A stretch of 64,000 nt of DNA, taken from assembly GCA_903895995.1 (NCBI GenBank), contig CAITVX010000014.1:20741-84740 (forward strand), in the 5' to 3' direction. The notes beneath the pieces are model-generated. The model had not been told where the DNA came from. It ran no database searches and worked only from the letters and a program-made list of their open reading frames with translations. Source of the stretch: an uncultured Actinomycetes bacterium (GTDB taxonomy: Bacteria; Actinomycetota; Actinomycetes; Nanopelagicales; Nanopelagicaceae). This document shows positions 32,708-42,736 of the stretch, in pieces (position 1 is the stretch's first letter; every line of letters starts with the position of its first letter). Made by a program: the position numbers and the translations under genes.

Positions 32708-32806
32708 CTACTTTTATTACATTCTTATCACATACCCGGCTTTTACATATCCAGTCTGAGCATGTGAACGTGCGAAGGTCTTGCAACAGGTGGGCCCTGG
32801 CGGGTG

Positions 32807-33427
32807 TTAGGCCTTCTTGGCGCTATCTGGCACAGCATCCGGGGAGATCACCGCGAGGGCTACATCCTTCATTGAAATTCTGCGATCCATCGCAGCCCGT
32901 TGGATCCACGAGAATGCTTGTGGCTCTGTGAGGTTGAGAGCTGCCATCAGAATCCCCTTTGCACGATCAATTACTTTGCGAGTCTCAAGACGTTCGTGGA
33001 GATCAGCAACTTCTGCTGCGAGCGATTTCATCTGTGTGTGACGACTCATCGCAATTTCAATAGCTGGAATGAGATCTGAAATACCAAAAGGTTTAACGAC
33101 ATAAGCCATCACACCTGCATCACGAGCACGCTCAACAAGATCACGTTGGCTAAATGCGGTAAGCATCAACACAGGAGCGATCTCAATAATCTTCTCTGCT
33201 GCAGAGATTCCATCGAGTTCTGGCATCTTGACATCTAAAATCGCAAGATCAGGTCTAAATTCTTCTGCAAGAGCTATCGCTTCCAGACCATTTGTTGCTT
33301 CTGCGACGACGGTATACCCAGCTTCAGTTAACATCTCAACAAGATCAAGGCGAATAATCGCTTCATCTTCAGCAACAAGAATGCGCGCGCTCGGAATTAC
33401 TTCAGGAGTGCTCGATGTATCGCTCAT
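32807..33427 (-). CDS. pdtaR: ANTAR-domain response regulator (PdtaR type)
   Basis: Receiver domain RILVAEDEAIIRLDL...DLAILDVKMPELDG and C-terminal ANTAR domain LETRKVIDRAKGILMAALNLTEPQAFSWIQRAAMDRR. Confidence 0.88.
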   Translation of the reverse strand: MSDTSSTPEVIPSARILVAEDEAIIRLDLVEMLTEAGYTVVAEATNGLEAIALAEEFRPDLAILDVKMPELDGISAAEKIIEIAPVLMLTAFSQRDLVERARDAGVMAYVVKPFGISDLIPAIEIAMSRHTQMKSLAAEVADLHERLETRKVIDRAKGILMAALNLTEPQAFSWIQRAAMDRRISMKDVALAVISPDAVPDSAKKA

Positions 33428-33428
33428 G

Positions 33429-33501
33429 TGCCTCGAGTCGGATTTGAACCGACACTGTGCGGATTTTGAGTCCGCCCTCTCTACCGTTGGAGTACCGAGG
33501 C
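33429..33501 (-). tRNA. tRNA with anticodon CAA (Leu by anticodon); 73 nt, CCA not encoded, atypically short 5-nt variable loop
   Basis: Minus-strand sequence GCCTCGGTACTCCAACGGTAGAGAGGGCGGACTCAAAATCCGCACAGTGTCGGTTCAAATCCGACTCGAGGCA. The acceptor stem is 7 bp with one G-U. U8 is present. The D stem is CTC/GAG with loop CAACGGTAGA. The anticodon stem is GCGGA/TCCGC with loop CTCAAAA. The T arm is GTCGG-TTCAAAT-CCGAC and the discriminator is A. Confidence 0.85.
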
Positions 33502-33521
33502 TTCAACGCCGTAAATGCGTC

Positions 33522-33550
33522 AGTGGCAAGAGTTTATAACCCTTGCCACT
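33522..33550 (-). terminator. Stem-loop downstream of pyk; candidate terminator or processing hairpin without a U-tract
   Basis: Perfect 9-bp stem (AGTGGCAAG at 33522..33530 with CTTGCCACT at 33542..33550) and an 11-nt loop, between the pyk stop (33605) and the tRNA 5' end (33501). Confidence 0.4.
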
Positions 33551-33604
33551 AATCAGCGAATTTCTTCCTTACTAGTTGCAATATCTATGCGCAATACGGC
33601 AAGC

Positions 33605-35047
33605 CTAGTTGCGGTAAGCAGCGGCAACGCCGCCCACAGCATCACCAGTGATGTGCACCCGCACCGCATTTGTAGACCCTGGGATTCCAGGAGGAGACCC
33701 TGCAACAATCACAACAGGCTCACCCTTCGTTCCACGACCAGAATCGAGGAGAATTGCATCTACTTGCTTCACCATCTCGTCGGTATGAGAGACCATTGCG
33801 GTGATCATCGGTTCGACTCCCCAGCTCAATGCGAGTTGGTTATAGACATGTTCTTCAGGAGTGAGCGCAAGTAAGGCTATTGGTGAACGGAAACGCGAAA
33901 TTCTGCGAGCCGATTCACCGCTTTGAGTGAAGGCGATCAAGTACTTCGCCCCAACGGTTGCGCCAATTTCTGCAGCGGCCTTAGTTATTGCGCCACCTTT
34001 TGTGGTCGGCTGATGTTGAATCGCAGGAATGCGGTCTAGCATCGCCTCTTCGGTCCGCTCAATAATGCGAGCCATTGTCGCGACTGCCTCGATCGCAAAG
34101 GCGCCAACAGAAGTCTCACCAGAGAGCATCAGCGCATCTGCGCCGTCAAGAACTGCATTAGCGCAGTCAGTTGCTTCAGCGCGAGTAGGTGAAGAGTTGG
34201 TAATCATTGAATCAAGCATCTGAGTAGCAACGATGACAGGCTTCGCAGCTTCGCGTGAGAGAGTGATACAGCGCTTTTGCACCAGCGGTACTTCTTCAAT
34301 AGGCATTTCAACGCCCAGGTCACCTCGGGCAACCATGATTCCATCAAATGCTTCAACGATCTCTTCTAGATTATCAACAGCTTGTGGCTTCTCAATCTTG
34401 GCAATTACTGGACGACGAATTCCAACTTCATCCATGATTGCATGGACATCATCAATATCTTTCGCACTACGTACAAATGAGAGTGCGATGAAATCTGCTC
34501 CAGCGCGAAGTCCCCAGCGAAGATCATCAATATCTTTCTCAGACATTGCTGGCACAGAGACTGCAACTCCGGGAAGGTTGATACCTTTATTATTAGAGAC
34601 AAATCCTGGCTGTGTCACCTTTGTGACAACATCGTTGCCCTTAACTTCAACAACTTCGAGAGATACCTTGCCATCATCGATCAGAATGCGATCGCCAGGC
34701 TTGCAATCTCCAGGTAGACCTTTGTAGGTAGTACCGCAACGCTCTTTTGTTCCTTCAACCTCATCAGTGGTGATGGTGAAGATATCTCCGCGGAGAAGTT
34801 CATGAGGGCCATCCTTAAAGCGAGCTAAGCGAATCTTTGGGCCTTGAAGATCTACAAGGATCGCAACAGCTTTTCCGCTCTTCTTCGCGGATGCGCGAAC
34901 TGCATCGAAACGGTTCTGGTGCTCTTCATATCCCCCATGTGAGAGATTCAGGCGCGCCATATTCATGCCTGCCGCTATAAGTTCATCAATCTTCTCGGGT
35001 GACTCAACTGCTGGACCCATCGTGCACACTATCTTCGCTCTACGCAT
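33605..35047 (-). CDS. pyk: Pyruvate kinase
   Basis: 480 aa. Motifs MRRAKIVCTMGPA, NLSHG and MVARGDLGVE. Confidence 0.96.
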   Translation of the reverse strand: MRRAKIVCTMGPAVESPEKIDELIAAGMNMARLNLSHGGYEEHQNRFDAVRASAKKSGKAVAILVDLQGPKIRLARFKDGPHELLRGDIFTITTDEVEGTKERCGTTYKGLPGDCKPGDRILIDDGKVSLEVVEVKGNDVVTKVTQPGFVSNNKGINLPGVAVSVPAMSEKDIDDLRWGLRAGADFIALSFVRSAKDIDDVHAIMDEVGIRRPVIAKIEKPQAVDNLEEIVEAFDGIMVARGDLGVEMPIEEVPLVQKRCITLSREAAKPVIVATQMLDSMITNSSPTRAEATDCANAVLDGADALMLSGETSVGAFAIEAVATMARIIERTEEAMLDRIPAIQHQPTTKGGAITKAAAEIGATVGAKYLIAFTQSGESARRISRFRSPIALLALTPEEHVYNQLALSWGVEPMITAMVSHTDEMVKQVDAILLDSGRGTKGEPVVIVAGSPPGIPGSTNAVRVHITGDAVGGVAAAYRN

Positions 35048-35129
35048 GGTTGAACCTTAATCTATTACCTCTGGGTAATTGTAAGTATTGAGTGATCTCC
35101 GGATGGAGAGCACGTGAATTATGAGTGAG

Positions 35130-36587
35130 TTACACCATCAACGATCGTGTTGTTGGGGCAATGGGTGAAGGTAGTTGAGTCGAACCTTCGAGATAGAGGT
35201 CTACAGCTGACGCACAACTTCTGCCTTCAGCTATCGCCCAGACAATAAGTGATTGGCCACGGCCTGCATCTCCCGCTACAAAGACTCCGTCAATATTTGT
35301 TGCAAAATCTCCATCGCGCTTAATGTTTCCGCGCTCATCCAACTCAACCTCAAGTTGCGAGATGAGATCACTCTTCTCGGGCCCAACAAATCCCATTGCA
35401 AGGAATACGAGATCAGCCGGGATTTCACGTTCAGATCCTGCAACCTTCTCAAACTTTCCGTTAACGAACTCTGTTTCTACTAATTGAAGCGCACGAAGGT
35501 TCCCGTCGGCATCTCCAAGGAATTGTTCGGTCGAAACTGAGTAGAGTCTCTCGCCAGCTTCTTCGTGGGCAGAACTCACGCGATAGATCATTGGATACGT
35601 TGGCCAAGGTTGGGATGAAGGACGTTCCTCTGTTGGACGAGGCATAATCTCAAGTTGTGTCACGCTAGCCGCACCTTGGCGAATAGCAGTTCCCAAACAA
35701 TCTGCACCGGTATCTCCGCCACCAAGAATTACGACATGTTTTCCTGTTGCATTGATCGGTGGAGTTGAGTCGAGTTCTCCAAGGCCCTGCTTATTTCCCC
35801 AAGGCAGATACTCCATCGCCTGGTGAATCCCCTGCAATTCACGACCTGGTACCTGAAGGTCTCGCCAATGAGTTGACCCAACTGCAAGAACGACAGCATC
35901 ATATTTAGAGCGCAACGAATCCCCGGTGATGTCTACGCCAACATTGACGCCGGCACGGAAGCGAGTTCCTTCTGCCTCCATTTGTGCGATGCGGCGATCA
36001 ACGATCGACTTCTCCATTTTAAATTCAGGGATTCCGTAGCGAAGTAGACCGCCGATGCGATCAGCACGCTCAAAGACAGCGACTGTGTGACCGGCACGCG
36101 TCAATTGTTGAGCAGCGGCAAGGCCGGCTGGACCAGAACCAATGACAGCAACAGTCTTTCCAGTCAACCTCTCTGAAGGGAGCGGGGTGACGAACCCAGC
36201 ATCAAATGCATCTTCAATCGTGCGAAGTTCAACTTGTTTGATCGTCACTGCATCAGCATTGATTCCAACTACGCATGCGGTTTCACACGGAGCTGGGCAG
36301 AGGCGGCCAGTGAACTCAGGGAAGTTATTGGTCGCATGAAGACGGTCGATTGCCTCACGCTTCTCGCCGCGCCAGATGAGATCGTTCCATTCAGGGATGA
36401 GATTGCCGAGTGGGCAGCCACTATGGCAGAACGGAATACCGCAGTCCATACAGCGACCGGCTTGTTTCTGCAGATCTGTGAACGCTTGTGGTTCGTAGAC
36501 CTCTTTCCAATCTTTAATCCGAACATCAACGGGACGACGCTTTGGGGTCTGACGCTCTGTTGTGAGAAAACCTTTTGGATCTGTCAT
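35130..36587 (-). CDS. gltD: Glutamate synthase small subunit
   Basis: Fe-S Cys motif CMDCGIPFCHSGCPLGN and dinucleotide-binding motif AVIGSGPAGLAAA. Confidence 0.95.
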   Translation of the reverse strand: MTDPKGFLTTERQTPKRRPVDVRIKDWKEVYEPQAFTDLQKQAGRCMDCGIPFCHSGCPLGNLIPEWNDLIWRGEKREAIDRLHATNNFPEFTGRLCPAPCETACVVGINADAVTIKQVELRTIEDAFDAGFVTPLPSERLTGKTVAVIGSGPAGLAAAQQLTRAGHTVAVFERADRIGGLLRYGIPEFKMEKSIVDRRIAQMEAEGTRFRAGVNVGVDITGDSLRSKYDAVVLAVGSTHWRDLQVPGRELQGIHQAMEYLPWGNKQGLGELDSTPPINATGKHVVILGGGDTGADCLGTAIRQGAASVTQLEIMPRPTEERPSSQPWPTYPMIYRVSSAHEEAGERLYSVSTEQFLGDADGNLRALQLVETEFVNGKFEKVAGSEREIPADLVFLAMGFVGPEKSDLISQLEVELDERGNIKRDGDFATNIDGVFVAGDAGRGQSLIVWAIAEGRSCASAVDLYLEGSTQLPSPIAPTTRSLMV

Positions 36588-36589
36588 TT

Positions 36590-39500
36590 TTACAAGACCT
36601 CCATTACGACTTTATTGACATCAAGTCCTTCACGTTCTGCTCGCTCCATCGCAGCTAAGACACGTGCATAATCACGGGGCATCACCATAGAGATACGGCT
36701 CTTCTGGTTATCCCAATCGCTCATCAAGGAGTGTGCAACTTCTGAACCAGTCTCCCCGTAGAAGCGCTCGATCAAACTCTTGAGCTTCATATCTTGATCA
36801 GCTGGAAGTGCAAGTACATCGACCATATCGGGATTTACTAAACGTGGATCGAGATCAAGTACAAATGCGCGTCCACCAGACATTCCAGCAGCGAAGTTGC
36901 GGCCAATCTTGCCAAGCACGATCGCCATTCCGCCCGTCATATATTCACAACCATGATCGCCAACGCCTTCAACGATTGCAGTGGCACCAGAGTTACGTAC
37001 ACAGAAGCGTTCACCAACGATTCCACGAATGAAGATCTCACCGCTAGTAGCACCGTATCCGATGACGTTACCTGCGATCACATTCTCTTCTGATTTAACG
37101 ATCGCTCTCTCATCTTGGCGAACAATCACACGGCCACCTGAAAGTCCCTTGCCGACGTGATCATTGGCATCACCGTAGAGACGAAGCGTAAGCCCCTTCG
37201 GAATAAATGCTCCGAGGGATTGGCCAACTGCTCCATGCATTGTGATATCGATTGTGTCATCAGGCAGACCATCTCCCCCATATTTACGGGTGAGTTCTGC
37301 GCCTAGCATTGTTCCGACTGTACGGTTCACGTTACGCACATTGACTGAAAGTCGCACTGGCTTTGCATCGAGAAGTGCAGCAGATGAGAGTTTGATCAGT
37401 TCATTATCAAGTGCCGCTTCAAGACCATGCTCTTGGGTCGTGGTGTTCTTACGATCCGGATAAGCCATGGTTGCCGGGGCTGCGAGAAGTGGAGCAAGAT
37501 CAAGTCCGCTCGCCTTCCAATGATCGACCGCCGCTTTTGTATCTAAGAGCTCAACTTGTCCTATTGCCTCATCAAGAGTGCGGAATCCAAGCTTGGCTAG
37601 CCACTCACGAACTTCTTCAGCGATATATTCGAAGAAGGTTTCAACAAACTCTGGTTTTCCAGAGAAACGTGCACGCAGTTCTGGATTCTGAGTTGCAACA
37701 CCAACTGGGCAGGTATCGAGGTGGCAGACGCGCATCATGACGCAACCAGAGACAACGAGAGGTGCAGTTGCAAAACCAAATTCTTCTGCGCCAAGAAGCG
37801 CGGCAATAACAACATCACGACCGGTCTTCATCTGGCCATCAACTTGAACAACGATGCGATCGCGAAGTCCGTTAAGCATCAATGTCTGTTGCGTCTCAGC
37901 AAGTCCAAGCTCCCACGGAGCTCCGGCATGCTTGAGCGAAGTAAGAGGAGAAGCACCAGTGCCGCCATCATGTCCTGAGATTAAGACTACGTCTGCATGA
38001 GCTTTTGAAACACCAGCTGCGACGGTGCCGACGCCAACTTCAGCAACGAGCTTGACGTGCACTCGAGCATTGCGGTTTGCATTCTTAAGATCGTGAATAA
38101 GTTGAGCAAGATCTTCAATGGAGTAGATATCGTGATGCGGAGGTGGAGAGATGAGTCCTACACCTGGGGTTGAATAACGCACTTGAGCAATCCATGGATA
38201 GACCTTGTTGCCAGGAAGCTGCCCACCTTCACCAGGCTTTGCACCTTGAGCCATCTTGATCTGAATATCATCGGCATTAACGAGATAGTTAGAGGTAACT
38301 CCGAAGCGACCTGAAGCAACTTGCTTAACGGCAGAACGTCGGAGATCCCCATTTGCATCGCGAATAAAGCGATCTGGAGATTCACCACCTTCACCGGTAT
38401 TTGATTTTCCACCAATCCGGTTCATTGCAATCGCAAGAGTCTCGTGAGCCTCTTGTGAGATTGATCCGTATGACATGGCGCCTGTTGCAAAGCGTTTGAT
38501 AATCGATGAAATTGGCTCGACTTGATCGATAGGTACTGCGGGCCTGATTCCCTCTTTAAACTCAAAGAGTCCGCGAAGTGTCATCAAGCGATGAGATTGA
38601 TCATCGATATGGCGCGTATAGCGCTTAAAAATGTCATAACGCTTGGCGCGCGTTGAGTGCTGGAGAGTAAAGACAGTCTCTGGATCAAAGAGGTGTGGTT
38701 CGCCTTCTCGGCGCCACTGGTACTCGCCACCAATCGGAAGCTTCTTTGTGCCAGGTACTTCTCCTCCAGGTGGATAAGCAATGTGATGACGCTTAATCGT
38801 CTCTTCTGCAATGACGTCGATTGACACTCCACCAAGGCGCGAGGTTAATCCAACAAAGTACTCATCAACCACTTCACGTGAGAGTCCAATCGCTTCAAAG
38901 ACTTGGGCTCCGGTATATGAGGCGATGGTTGAGATACCCATCTTCGACATTACCTTTAAGACTCCCTTACCGAGAGATTTAATAAGGTTAGCAACGGCCT
39001 TCTCGGGAGTTATGCCTGTGATAACGCCTTGGCGCACGAGATCTTCAGCAGATTCCATCGCAAGATATGGATTTACCGCAGCAGCACCAAAACCGATGAG
39101 AAGAGCAACGTGGTGTACTTCGCGCACTTCACCAGATTCAACGATCAACCCGACTTTGGTGCGAGTCTTTTCGCGAATTAAGTGGTGGTGGATTGCAGAT
39201 GTCAGCAATAGAGAAGGAATAGGAGCATCTTCTGAATCGCCATCGCGATCTGAGAGCACAATGATGTGCGCACCATTGGCTATCGCTTCTGAAACCTCTG
39301 CGCGGATCTCATCGATACGCTCACGTAGCGCCTCTCCCCCACCAGCAGCAGGGAAGAGTCCACGTACAACGTGTGACTGGAATCCTGGGTGATCGCCATC
39401 AACATTGACGTGAATAATCTTTGCTAGTTCATCATTATCAATGACTGGAAAATCTAGAGAGATTTGGCGACAGGATTGTGGCCCTGGATCGAGCAAATTA

Positions 39501-41104
39501 TGTTCAGGGCCGATGGTTGCGCCAAGGCTTGTAACAAGTTCTTCTCGGATTGCATCAAGAGGTGGATTTGTAACTTGCGCGAAGAGCTGTGCAAAGTAAT
39601 CAAAGAGCAGGCGTGGCTTATCAGAGAGCGCCGCAATAGGTGTATCGGTTCCCATCGAACCAAGAGGTTCAGCACCATTTCGAGCCATTGGCGCAACGAT
39701 GATACGAAGTTCCTCTTCGGTATAACCAAAGGCGCGTTGACGCCTCACCACAGATGCATGCGGATAGATGATGTGTTCGCGCGCTGGCAGATCAGAGAGT
39801 TTTACAAGTCCTGCATGAAGCCAATCTCCGTAAGGCGCAGCTGATGCAAGTTCATTCTTGATCTCATCATCTTCAATAATGCGTCCTTGTTCAACATCAA
39901 CTAAGAACATACGGCCAGGCTGCAGACGTCCTTTACGAACTACCTTCTCAGGTGCAATATCAAGAACGCCTACTTCAGAAGCCAGAACGACGAGGCCATC
40001 CTCAGTAACCCAGAAACGTGAAGGACGAAGTCCATTGCGATCCAGCACTGCACCAACTTGCTTGCCATCGGTGAACGTAACGCACGCAGGGCCATCCCAA
40101 GGTTCCATGAGAGATGAATGGAATGCATAAAAATCGCGATGCTTTTGCGGCATGGTCGCATGGTTCTCCCACGCTTCGGGAATCATCATCAACATTGAGT
40201 GTGGAAGCGAACGTCCCCCAAGATAGAGAAGCTCTAATACTTCATCAAAAGATGCAGTATCACTGCCTTCTGCATCAACGATAGGAAATACTCGAGCTAG
40301 ATCACCAGGAATAAGATCAGTCGCAAGGAGCGCTTCGCGAGCGCGCATCCAGTTGCGATTTCCCTTTACTGTATTGATCTCGCCATTGTGTGCGATAAAG
40401 CGATATGGGTGAGCGAGTGGCCATGATGGAAATGTATTTGTTGAGAAGCGAGAATGGACGACAGCCAGTGGTGAGGCGACGCGTTCATCTGAGAGATCAG
40501 GGAAGAATTCTTCAAGCTGCCCAGTTGTGAGCATTCCTTTATAGACGATCGTTGCAGACGAGAGTGATGGGAAGTAGATAGGGAATGTATGTTCGATTCG
40601 CTTGCGAATCACAAAAGCGAGTTGATCTAGCGCAAGTTCGCTCTCACCATTATTGCCCGCAATAAAGATCTGCATGAACTTAGGCATAACTGAGAGCGCT
40701 GTCTTACCGAGCTTCTCAGATTCAATAGGAAGTTCGCGCCAACCGAGAACGGATGCACTCTCTGCTTCAACGATCTCGCGAATTCCATCGTAATCAGAGA
40801 AGGATGGATCAATAAAGGCGATACCCGTTGCGTAGGAACCAACTGGGGGTAATGCAAAGCCGGCAACTTCGCGGTAGAAAGCATCGGGAACTCGAATAAG
40901 AATTCCGGCACCATCACCACTATCTGGTTCGGCGCCAGTTGCGCCACGGTGCTCGAGATTACGAAGTGCCTGTAGCGCTTGAGAGACAATCTCATGGGTT
41001 GCGACTTTATTGAGCGTTGCGACCATTGCGACGCCACATGCATCGTGCTCATCGGCAGGGTTGTAGAGCCCCTGTGCGGATGGCAAAGTACTAAATAATG
41101 TCAC
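36590..41104 (-). CDS. gltB: Glutamate synthase large subunit
   Basis: 1504 aa. Ntn amidotransferase Cys (HDACGVAMV) and FMN domain motif [14 protein letters not shown] start verified, with a GGGAG SD upstream. Confidence 0.97.
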   Translation of the reverse strand: MTLFSTLPSAQGLYNPADEHDACGVAMVATLNKVATHEIVSQALQALRNLEHRGATGAEPDSGDGAGILIRVPDAFYREVAGFALPPVGSYATGIAFIDPSFSDYDGIREIVEAESASVLGWRELPIESEKLGKTALSVMPKFMQIFIAGNNGESELALDQLAFVIRKRIEHTFPIYFPSLSSATIVYKGMLTTGQLEEFFPDLSDERVASPLAVVHSRFSTNTFPSWPLAHPYRFIAHNGEINTVKGNRNWMRAREALLATDLIPGDLARVFPIVDAEGSDTASFDEVLELLYLGGRSLPHSMLMMIPEAWENHATMPQKHRDFYAFHSSLMEPWDGPACVTFTDGKQVGAVLDRNGLRPSRFWVTEDGLVVLASEVGVLDIAPEKVVRKGRLQPGRMFLVDVEQGRIIEDDEIKNELASAAPYGDWLHAGLVKLSDLPAREHIIYPHASVVRRQRAFGYTEEELRIIVAPMARNGAEPLGSMGTDTPIAALSDKPRLLFDYFAQLFAQVTNPPLDAIREELVTSLGATIGPEHNLLDPGPQSCRQISLDFPVIDNDELAKIIHVNVDGDHPGFQSHVVRGLFPAAGGGEALRERIDEIRAEVSEAIANGAHIIVLSDRDGDSEDAPIPSLLLTSAIHHHLIREKTRTKVGLIVESGEVREVHHVALLIGFGAAAVNPYLAMESAEDLVRQGVITGITPEKAVANLIKSLGKGVLKVMSKMGISTIASYTGAQVFEAIGLSREVVDEYFVGLTSRLGGVSIDVIAEETIKRHHIAYPPGGEVPGTKKLPIGGEYQWRREGEPHLFDPETVFTLQHSTRAKRYDIFKRYTRHIDDQSHRLMTLRGLFEFKEGIRPAVPIDQVEPISSIIKRFATGAMSYGSISQEAHETLAIAMNRIGGKSNTGEGGESPDRFIRDANGDLRRSAVKQVASGRFGVTSNYLVNADDIQIKMAQGAKPGEGGQLPGNKVYPWIAQVRYSTPGVGLISPPPHHDIYSIEDLAQLIHDLKNANRNARVHVKLVAEVGVGTVAAGVSKAHADVVLISGHDGGTGASPLTSLKHAGAPWELGLAETQQTLMLNGLRDRIVVQVDGQMKTGRDVVIAALLGAEEFGFATAPLVVSGCVMMRVCHLDTCPVGVATQNPELRARFSGKPEFVETFFEYIAEEVREWLAKLGFRTLDEAIGQVELLDTKAAVDHWKASGLDLAPLLAAPATMAYPDRKNTTTQEHGLEAALDNELIKLSSAALLDAKPVRLSVNVRNVNRTVGTMLGAELTRKYGGDGLPDDTIDITMHGAVGQSLGAFIPKGLTLRLYGDANDHVGKGLSGGRVIVRQDERAIVKSEENVIAGNVIGYGATSGEIFIRGIVGERFCVRNSGATAIVEGVGDHGCEYMTGGMAIVLGKIGRNFAAGMSGGRAFVLDLDPRLVNPDMVDVLALPADQDMKLKSLIERFYGETGSEVAHSLMSDWDNQKSRISMVMPRDYARVLAAMERAEREGLDVNKVVMEVL

Positions 41105-41210
41105 GATCGCTCCCGATGAAAATCTTCACTATGAGTGAAAGGTCGGGACATCAGTGGCCCATTCGACTACGACAGGTTTCTTAGCTCCTGCGAGTAGGAA
41201 AGGTTACCAA

Positions 41211-41915
41211 CTAGATACCTGAAAGGTGAACTAGTGAGCCAATTCCAGCAGTGATAGCCATACCTATTCCGCCACCGATCGTGACGCGCAGGACTGTGAT
41301 TCCTACCTTTGAGCCTGCTAGCCGTGAGCTGAGCAGCCCAGTTCCGGCCAGACCGAGGAAGGTTGCGATGACAATTCCAATGGACTTATGGGAGCTCTGC
41401 CAGGCGAGTGTTCCAATCAAGGGGACGAGGCCACCGGCTGTGTAACTAATCGCCGAAGCGATCGCCGCTTGAACTGGACGGGCTTTCGTATGTTCAAATT
41501 GACCAAGCTCGTCACGAAGGTGAGCCTCTAATGGATCCTTCTCGTGCATTATTCGAGCAACTTCCCGAGCAAGCTCGAGAGAGAGTCCGCGCTCTACATA
41601 GATTTGTGCGAGCTCTGCTTCCTCGCCTTCGGGATCGAGCTTGAGATGTTCAATCTCCATTAATCGATCACTCTCTTCAATATCGCTCTGCGATTGAACT
41701 GAGATGTACTCACCGACCGCCATCGACATAGCGCCAGCGGTGATAGCAGCAACACCAGTGATCGTAAGATTCGCATTCGGTGAAGCGGTTGCAATTCCTA
41801 TCATCAGAGATGCGGTCGCAACTAATCCATCATTGGCGCCAAGAACTGCAGCACGTAACCATCCTGCATTATGCGTCTTGTGGTGGCGATTGCGCAGATA
41901 TACATCTTCGATCAT
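41211..41915 (-). CDS. VIT1/CCC1-family membrane protein (putative Fe/Mn transporter)
   Basis: Motif AAVLGANDGLVATASLMIG and C-terminal TM helices. The start overlaps the lgt stop by 4 nt. Confidence 0.8.
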   Translation of the reverse strand: MIEDVYLRNRHHKTHNAGWLRAAVLGANDGLVATASLMIGIATASPNANLTITGVAAITAGAMSMAVGEYISVQSQSDIEESDRLMEIEHLKLDPEGEEAELAQIYVERGLSLELAREVARIMHEKDPLEAHLRDELGQFEHTKARPVQAAIASAISYTAGGLVPLIGTLAWQSSHKSIGIVIATFLGLAGTGLLSSRLAGSKVGITVLRVTIGGGIGMAITAGIGSLVHLSGI

Positions 41916-42730
41916 GGCGCAATTCTACTCTTTTTAGATTCTCGAAGGCGGTTAACGAGGATGAACGTTGAGCAAAGAACTCCGATGACGCTTACCCACT
42001 CGTTGAGACGGATTCCAAATAGGTGGTGAGCCTCATCGATACGCAGGGCTTCGATCACAGATCGCCCGAGGCAGTACAGAGCAATATAGAGATAGAAGGC
42101 GCTCCCCTCTTTTTGGGTGATTCGCTGGCCTATGCCAGAGATCAGCCACGCAGCGAAGAAACACCAGAGAGCCTCATAGAGAAATGTCGGGTGAAAGGTG
42201 GCAAAACTTTCATAACCCGCAGGACGTAATGGCAAGGGAATCTTTAACCCCCAAGGAAGAGAGGTGGGTCTTCCAAATAATTCCCCATTAAACCAATTTC
42301 CAAAGCGACCAATTCCTTGCGCAACCAATAAGCCAGGAGCGAGTGCATCTGCAAGCGATCCAAATCCAAGAGATCTCTCTTTACTGCGAAATACGAGGAA
42401 GGCCACGAGGGTGCCAAGTGCGATCGCTCCCCAAATGCCCATGCCTCCATCCCAAATTTTTAGCGCATCAAGTGGGCGTCCCGCGCTCCCAAAGTATCGA
42501 TCTGGGGATGTGATCACGTGATAGAGACGGCCACCGATTACCCCTGCAGGGATAGCGACGATTGCAAGATCTGTAATCTCATTTACATCACCACCGAGTT
42601 TGGCATAGCGATTTCTTCCAACTGCTATTGCGGCGATTACGCCCATGAGAATACAGAGAGCGTAAAAATGTATCGTTAACGGGCCCAACGCCACAGCAGA
42701 TTGCGATGGCGTTGGGATGAATAACTTCAC
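41912..42730 (-). CDS. lgt: Prolipoprotein diacylglyceryl transferase
   Basis: Motifs HFYALCILMGVIAA and GRFGNWFNGELFG. Confidence 0.92.
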   Translation of the reverse strand: MKLFIPTPSQSAVALGPLTIHFYALCILMGVIAAIAVGRNRYAKLGGDVNEITDLAIVAIPAGVIGGRLYHVITSPDRYFGSAGRPLDALKIWDGGMGIWGAIALGTLVAFLVFRSKERSLGFGSLADALAPGLLVAQGIGRFGNWFNGELFGRPTSLPWGLKIPLPLRPAGYESFATFHPTFLYEALWCFFAAWLISGIGQRITQKEGSAFYLYIALYCLGRSVIEALRIDEAHHLFGIRLNEWVSVIGVLCSTFILVNRLRESKKSRIAP

Positions 42731-42736
42731 GAAGGG

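Noticed and set aside
32597-32806. A canonical ANTAR target (two tandem hairpins with AxxGxx hexaloops overlapping a terminator) in the liv leader
   Set aside because: I could not identify such a pair by eye. The only stable hairpin has a loop of about 11 nt and lacks a U-tract on the liv strand. It is kept only as an open question in the findings.
33429-33501. Reading the tRNA on the plus strand as tRNA-Gln, with anticodon loop UUUUGAG giving UUG
   Set aside because: On the plus strand the T-arm does not pair and lacks the GTTCRA motif, the would-be D stem is 5 bp, and position 7:66 becomes an A-C mismatch. The minus-strand fold is canonical, with T loop TTCAAAT and U8.
33400-33620. The tRNA as an integration hotspot, with an integrase, att repeat or genomic island next to it
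   Set aside because: Both flanks are conserved core genes (pdtaR 1 nt away, pyk about 100 nt away). I saw no integrase or recombinase ORF and no duplicated copy of the tRNA 3' end.
38811-39392. Long antisense or alternative-frame ORFs inside gltB. Similar cases are 49549..50127 in hisA, 34233..34727 in pyk, 4251..4754 in tkt, 56618..57106 in dnaE and 3063..3464 across sufR/ctaA.
   Set aside because: All lie entirely within strongly supported housekeeping genes and have Arg/Ser/Pro-rich compositions typical of off-frame translation. None has recognisable motifs or independent start signals.
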